Shown here piece by piece: positions 57,953 to 64,000 of a stretch of DNA of 64,000 bases. The position numbers and the translations under genes are program-made. Where the stretch lies: contig BCGN01000001.1 in NCBI GenBank assembly GCA_001599295.1, positions 2,356,001 to 2,420,000 of the forward strand, given 5' to 3'. This DNA is from Sporopachydermia quercuum (lineage: Eukaryota). The first letter of the stretch is position 1. Each line of letters opens with the position of its first letter. Below the pieces are notes generated by a model. It was not told the DNA's origin, did not search any database, and saw nothing but the letters and a program-made list of their open reading frames with translations.

Positions 57953-59023
57953 ATGGACTCAAGGTTAGATCCTGCCATAACGGCTGATACAGATTTATAT
58001 GAACTATTGAATCTAACGCCAGAAGCTACTGATGCTGAAATAAAAAGAGCTTATAGGAAAACAGCTCTGAAATATCATCCAGATTCTCGTAAAAAGAACC
58101 TATCTGAAACTGAAGTTTCGCTATACGATGAGAAGTTTCTGTTACTGGGAATAGCACAGAAAACACTTCTTAACTCAGAACTGAGAAAAGTATACGATGG
58201 TATTCAAAAAGCGAGACTCCAGAAACAATTAGACCTCCAGAAGCTTGATAGAGAGAGAAAGAGAAGGAAAGAAGATTTAGAACGACGTGAGAAAGAAGCC
58301 GCCATCAAGTATGGCGTAGATCTTTCCCATAACACTGGAGGTCTAGGAATAGGTATTTCTCATAAGGTCAAATCTGATGTGAAATCTACAGTAGACTCTC
58401 TGAGGAAATTAGAAAGATTAAAAGATGAAGGCTATAAATTAAGAATGGAGAAAGAGAAGCGCGAAATGTCAAAAACTGAAATGTATAATACCTTACAAGG
58501 AATGGTATCTGAAACTACATCAGATGAACAAAGTCACTCTCAAACTCCAGAACCTGAAGCTCAAGCTGAAGACTCTCATTTGCATAGAGCTTTGAAAGTA
58601 AAATTCAAAATTAAAGATAACAACGTCGTTGTGAATCAGGAAGCTTTGATAAGTGTTTTCAGTAAATTTGGCCCTATTGACGTGCTAGTTCTATCGAAGC
58701 AAAAAAGCAAGAAAGGTACCTGTGTTGTTGTGTTCCGGGATTTTGATAGTGCTCTGAATGCCATTCAACAATTTCAGCATTATAAGAAAAGTTACAGTCC
58801 ATCTTTTATCGAAGGTTCAACAAAAGATGTAGCAGAAACTATTCGTGATGTGTTATGGATTAATCCACCCGCAGAGTCGAAACTAGATAGTACCAACCAG
58901 AGAAGTCCAAATAAAAGGTTTGCAGAGATTGATGATTTGAAAGATAACGGTCTATCATTTGGAGTTTATAAGAAATTGACGTTTGATAGAATGCAAGAGG
59001 TTGATCTTTTACTCTCAAGGTAA
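57953..59023 (+). CDS. CWC23: J-domain + RRM spliceosomal co-chaperone (Cwc23/DNAJC17)
   Basis: AYRKTALKYHPD J-domain, RKEDLERREK coiled coil, C-terminal RRM-like FSKFGPI. Confidence 0.85.
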   Translation: MDSRLDPAITADTDLYELLNLTPEATDAEIKRAYRKTALKYHPDSRKKNLSETEVSLYDEKFLLLGIAQKTLLNSELRKVYDGIQKARLQKQLDLQKLDRERKRRKEDLERREKEAAIKYGVDLSHNTGGLGIGISHKVKSDVKSTVDSLRKLERLKDEGYKLRMEKEKREMSKTEMYNTLQGMVSETTSDEQSHSQTPEPEAQAEDSHLHRALKVKFKIKDNNVVVNQEALISVFSKFGPIDVLVLSKQKSKKGTCVVVFRDFDSALNAIQQFQHYKKSYSPSFIEGSTKDVAETIRDVLWINPPAESKLDSTNQRSPNKRFAEIDDLKDNGLSFGVYKKLTFDRMQEVDLLLSR

Positions 59024-60786
59024 AAGACCGATCCTACTCGAACGAATGTCATTACTTCAATCTTTCATCTTCTTGTGGCTCAGGCAAACGTCTTACTGAG
59101 ACTGCCAACGAACTTGTTATTATACTCTGCTACTCCATGTAGTCGGGATAATTGAAGGTAGAACTCCATTATTCCTGGTGGTATTTCATTACCCATCACA
59201 ACGTGTGTCCAGATAATCACACTACTCACAATAATCATACCATACCGTTATGTGTCAGACTTAGACACAATTAACAGGTATATGTCAGGCTTTCATCACC
59301 ATGACTCGGCTCACTTCGGGAGAGAACCTTAACTTGATTCTTACATGGCCGTACGTTAACAGACTACGGTTGTCAACTTCATTGATTAACTCTGAACTGG
59401 TATATTTAAATCAGGAAAAGCTGTTATGACATGTAAAGTTATGCATGTAAAGCAAGCACCCGCGCTGCTTATGAAGTTACAGGAGACGGAAGAATTCGTA
59501 GTTGTTGTTTGATGGTAGATTGAACGATCTGTAACATAGAACTAAAGCAAAATAATAGAACGATCATTAAGTTTATATTAAAATAAAATAAAAATCCAGT
59601 TTTAGAAAGAATGCATCGCCTTTTACTAGCCATCAATTTATCTCAAAGTTTATGATGAAGCATACTAGTAAATTTTGTTGGCATATGCTGTCCAAAATTG
59701 GAGATGGCTTTAACAAGACCTTCGAGTTCTACTCAATCCTTATTTCAATTCTCACTTCTATATTCAAACTAATATAACAAACAACACTAGCAAAACAAAG
59801 CTATTATATTATACATTACTCTTTATTTATCAAATTATGTAGTATTTGGAAACAAGTCCCATCTCAAGCTCCTTTCTTATTAGACAAATGGATATTAAAG
59901 TTTTGTCAGAGTGTATCATACATATGACGCAACAAAGCCTTAAATATCATTGTCACAAATATCGGAAATTATTATATTTCTTTCAACTATTTGCTCCCGT
60001 CAATCCAAAGTTAGGAATGTCCAACAATTCACTAATATTTCTCTTAAATTGGCCTAAAAAGAAATAATAAACTTTAAGAACCCCTAAACTACCACAATGA
60101 TTCCACTTTGAGTCTAATACTTTCCTCATAACTGTCTTATATTTCACGTCTCAATCAATGCCTNATCATTCCCCTCCCCCACAACATCTCCTGGTCCACC
60201 CCCACCATGAATTTCGGAAACTATTTAGACCTTCGGATCTCTTTGTTATCATCCCTTCTCCCCAGCTTTGCTTAACTGACGTCTTTCTCTCCTCTTTGGT
60301 TTATTTGTTTACNGGATAAGCAACTAGAAGACCAAATAAATTGCAGGCTATAAACAAATGAACACTACAATTAATTCTCTAATTAAACTATTCATTTGAC
60401 AAAATAACTAGTGTTTCTGGTATTAGTTCTATGATAGCCAAATTGACCTTACAGCCACTAGTATAACAACTAGTCATACAGTCAATTGGTTTATCATATA
60501 TATTCACCAAAGCTCGAANCTGATAGCACAAAATTACAATCGGTCCTTGCAAATTAGTAGCTATGCTTTAAGGAATATACATTTACTGAATAGAACGTTT
60601 AGGAGCTTTATTTCATTCAGGAAGCGCATTCTGTGGGGCCATTAGAAACAAAACACATACTTCTAATTTCAACATCAACGTACACAATAAGTAATTAGTT
60701 GAATCCATAGGAAATCCTACGTTTTGTCACCATCATCTTCTTACGTTAACACGTCCAGCAATTTGAATTGATATTATTAGAAAAAG

Positions 60787-63700
60787 ATGGCCCAAGCTAA
60801 CCTGAAAGCTAGACTACTAGGTAACTCGCCATCTATTGACAATATATTGTCTGGGCCAGAAGATAGCGATAACATCTCTGACTACTTTTCTTCTAATCAC
60901 AAAACTCATTCCCATGTATCAACACAACTTCACAAACTGAAAATCTCTCCAGAAGTACCCTCAGAATTAGATTTGTCTCTGTCTTCCAATCAAAGCTCAG
61001 AACAAGAATTCGAAGGGGATGATACTGAGCTAATCAAAAACTCCCATGGACTACCTCAATTCGTAGTTTCAAGCTCCGATTCCAATTCAGTCAGACAATC
61101 CAATTCACACTCTTCGTCCGACTCAAACTCATCTGCTGACAACGATGATGACTCGGACTCGGACTCGGAATCTGATTCTGAATTAGATTCCCTAGGGGAA
61201 TACCGTCCGGGGACTCATGGTCATAAGCATCTGAGACAATCTTCTCAAATTCGAATATACAAGTTTTTAGAGTATCTCTGTGGTCTTAATTCCTCATTCT
61301 CTACTATAAGGAAACCCAATAGCAATGGAATAGTCGTTGACAATTCATGGTCACAACTATACCTTGCTAATAACAATTCAGCCGGAAGTGTTCAACGTCA
61401 CGCTTTTGCCGTGACACCAATGTCTCATATTTATAGGCAGTCTCAAATGTCTGGTGCGAACGTTTCTACAAGCAAGTTTCCTCATTCAAACGAGATTTCT
61501 CTACCATTTGCTTCTCCTTCAATGTATAGAGACTATTTTGATAAACTGGATACTCGTAATATTGAGTCTCTGCAGTACTTACAAAATCACAATATTTGGA
61601 ACCCTACAGCTTCTGTTTCTGTTTTTCATAGATACTGTGACTTAACCCTAGATGTCCCACAGGAAGGGAATCCTCAGAACGCTTTAACCTCAACTGTTAT
61701 GATCAACGAAAGCATATCTCTGCTTTACAGAACTAATAGTGACGAGAAATCAGATTTTTCCCAACGGCCTGCAAACACACCTCTAGCAGACTCCACCGAG
61801 AAAGAACCAGTGAAAAATCCTCTATGTGAAGGCTATATTCATACTGTTGTAGAAGAAGCTGGACCTGCTAAATTCGGGGAACCAGAAATGACTCACAGAT
61901 TAGCCAAACATCTGTTCAAACCGCAAGTTCAACGACCTTCAAACAACTCATTTTATGGTAATAGTGCCGAGAAACTTTTCCGGCCATCCTGGGATAACGG
62001 ACCAGCAGAAGCTNCCATATCTCCTTTCTTGAGCTATATCCATGTGCCTCCTGTGTTCGGGAACACTCCGCCAAGCTCGGTGTTTGCTCATACTTCTGTA
62101 CTTCTCGGCAATTGTATTTATACATTTGGAGGCTTAAAAGGAGTCGAAGACGTGAAAGCATCCGAAAAAACTCGTCCGAGTTTTCGTGTCCGAAGTAGAA
62201 GACTTCGTCGACATCGGCAGAAGAATCANCGGTTCTTTTTCTCGTCTCAAATAGGGTTCCATCCTGTGTACCCTCACGAACACATTGCTTCTGAAATTTA
62301 TGAAACTGCTTATGATGGTCCTTCTAATGTTCCTTTACCGTTAAATACTAGGATCATTTCGGCTTCTCATATCGAACCTCATAAAGGTATGGAAGTTCTC
62401 AACTCACAGACAAATCTTTTAACAGAAATGAAAGTCTCAGGAGATATCCCGCCCAATATTCTGTATGCGTCAGCATGTAAAATTTCGGAGAAGCATATAT
62501 TTTACTTTGGAGGGTTTGAGCTTCGGACAAATATGACTCATGCAATTCCCCTTCGGCTTAGATCTCTAACACGAGAGAGAAGATCTCAGAAACGCAAGCC
62601 TACTGTTATTAGGTTTTCGAAAGAGTTAGTTCCGAACCGCCGGGGATGGATTTTTGATTCTGAAACAGGGAAGTTTACTATAGTAGAAATTACACCGTAC
62701 AGATCTCAGAACGGGAAAACTTCGGGAACCGAAAACATCAAAGCTAGATTCGGGCATTCCTGTGTATGTTTTCCGTTTGAACCCGGTGATCTAGGTGACC
62801 CAGACTTGGATCTCGGCTTATCCGAGTTTGCCGATAAGATTTCCGATCCGGGTACCGATTTCTCTCCTGTGTTCTCCGGTCAAGGTGATTATTTCTCTCC
62901 AAGACCAGGCCTGAATCCGGATCACCATGGATCGGGAAATATAAGCTTGCCAAGTTTTCCGAGCTTTTCAGTATCTAAATCCGAGTCAAGCATACTTTCC
63001 ATTGATTCCGGTGGTTCGGAAGACAGCGCATCTCGAGTTTCCGAACTTTCCGTTCATTCAGCAAGAAACCATGCTATCGTTTACATTTTCGGGGGTTACT
63101 CAGCTGCCGAAATTCCAGGCCAAACGAACCATTATAAATATAATGCACTGTCTGATATGTGGAGAATCGTCATACCGGTAAAACATAGTAGCAGAAGAGG
63201 TGGCAGCTTTACCTTTTCATCTAGATGTACAGCATATAAAATTGGTGATAAAGAAAGCAAGCCAGGAGAAGCATGGCCGGAAGCAAGAGCGTTTGCAGGT
63301 GCAACATTATTTGATAGGAGGCTTGAACATGGAGATGGATCATCAAGCCGAGGTTCAATTCCAAAAATCCGGCAGGGCTTAAGACCTCGGAGTAAAACGG
63401 GATCAAAAACCGATACTCGGCATGATTTTTCTCGTCGAACCGGTTTATCGGCTTACAAGTCTTCATACTCTTCTCTATTACGAGATATCCCAAAGAAACC
63501 CCGTCAACGGGTAGATTCCGATACCGAAGTGGAATCCACCACCGATACTCCCTCTCCGTCTATCTCCGGTAACGTATCAGCGTATAGCTCACGATCTATA
63601 TCGACAGTTCGGTATACATTAGCTCTTCACGGGGGCACTAATGGAGACAGGATTTTAGGAGATCTTTGGTCGTTTAACTTCGAAGCAGAAACATGGACAC

Positions 63701-64000
63701 TTCTGGATCAATTTGGATTCGCGGAATTATTAGGCAAAAATAATAAACTAGAAGATGAATTAAAAGATGCCGAAGAAATGGAGCTATTGAATATGGAAGT
63801 TAAGCGAGCTGGCCATCAACTATTAGTATCAGAAAGATACATTTTATTGATAGGAGGGTCAATTGAAGCCGACTTCAATCTAGTTGATGAAACAAAGGAA
63901 AAGGAGGGTGATACAGTGGACATAACGCAAATATCGCTTTCATCACCAGCAAGAACGTTACAAGATTTAGATTTTATAGGGAAAAACGTGAGAAACACTC
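60787..64000 (+). CDS. Kelch-repeat protein, Gpb1/Gpb2 (Krh)-like; 3' end lies beyond the window
   Basis: Open frame from ATG 60787 to the window end; IYTFGG, SGDIPPNILYASACKISEKHIFYFGGFE, ARFGHS, VYIFGG, WPEARAF, LHGG...DLW. Confidence 0.8.
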   Translation, partial: MAQANLKARLLGNSPSIDNILSGPEDSDNISDYFSSNHKTHSHVSTQLHKLKISPEVPSELDLSLSSNQSSEQEFEGDDTELIKNSHGLPQFVVSSSDSNSVRQSNSHSSSDSNSSADNDDDSDSDSESDSELDSLGEYRPGTHGHKHLRQSSQIRIYKFLEYLCGLNSSFSTIRKPNSNGIVVDNSWSQLYLANNNSAGSVQRHAFAVTPMSHIYRQSQMSGANVSTSKFPHSNEISLPFASPSMYRDYFDKLDTRNIESLQYLQNHNIWNPTASVSVFHRYCDLTLDVPQEGNPQNALTSTVMINESISLLYRTNSDEKSDFSQRPANTPLADSTEKEPVKNPLCEGYIHTVVEEAGPAKFGEPEMTHRLAKHLFKPQVQRPSNNSFYGNSAEKLFRPSWDNGPAEAXISPFLSYIHVPPVFGNTPPSSVFAHTSVLLGNCIYTFGGLKGVEDVKASEKTRPSFRVRSRRLRRHRQKNXRFFFSSQIGFHPVYPHEHIASEIYETAYDGPSNVPLPLNTRIISASHIEPHKGMEVLNSQTNLLTEMKVSGDIPPNILYASACKISEKHIFYFGGFELRTNMTHAIPLRLRSLTRERRSQKRKPTVIRFSKELVPNRRGWIFDSETGKFTIVEITPYRSQNGKTSGTENIKARFGHSCVCFPFEPGDLGDPDLDLGLSEFADKISDPGTDFSPVFSGQGDYFSPRPGLNPDHHGSGNISLPSFPSFSVSKSESSILSIDSGGSEDSASRVSELSVHSARNHAIVYIFGGYSAAEIPGQTNHYKYNALSDMWRIVIPVKHSSRRGGSFTFSSRCTAYKIGDKESKPGEAWPEARAFAGATLFDRRLEHGDGSSSRGSIPKIRQGLRPRSKTGSKTDTRHDFSRRTGLSAYKSSYSSLLRDIPKKPRQRVDSDTEVESTTDTPSPSISGNVSAYSSRSISTVRYTLALHGGTNGDRILGDLWSFNFEAETWTLLDQFGFAELLGKNNKLEDELKDAEEMELLNMEVKRAGHQLLVSERYILLIGGSIEADFNLVDETKEKEGDTVDITQISLSSPARTLQDLDFIGKNVRNT

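Noticed and set aside
1..64000. tRNA, rRNA, CRISPR array, TPP riboswitch, LTR retroelement
   Set aside because: No matching signatures seen by eye.

Overview
AT-rich fungal (budding-yeast, Saccharomycotina-like) genomic window. CTG reads as Leu at invariant Pol2 positions, spliceosomal introns are short, and scattered single-base N calls suggest a heterozygous assembly. About 21 protein genes are supported: NCE103, an Xbp1-like APSES factor, HMG1, TRM82, a spermine/spermidine synthase, RMP1, a GH81 glucanase, a fungal-TF-like protein, an orphan, SIP3/LAM1, DSL1, a degenerate cyclophilin, a 3-beta-HSD-like SDR, YIF1, POL2, ORC5, LIN1, LTO1, ATX1, CWC23 and a GPB1/KRH-like kelch gene that runs off the right end. 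There is also one hAT transposase remnant. The most notable points are: (1) a full-length BED+hAT transposase frame split by a single TAA, with three hallmark residues changed (CxxH->CxxN, RW->RM, catalytic E->Q); (2) a probable non-AUG mitochondrial N-terminal extension on carbonic anhydrase; (3) clusters of ATGCAT, often 9-11 nt apart, in several promoters; (4) a divergent pair of poorly characterised genes; (5) CpG-rich patches inside two genes. Product calls come from recognised motifs; no database search was run.
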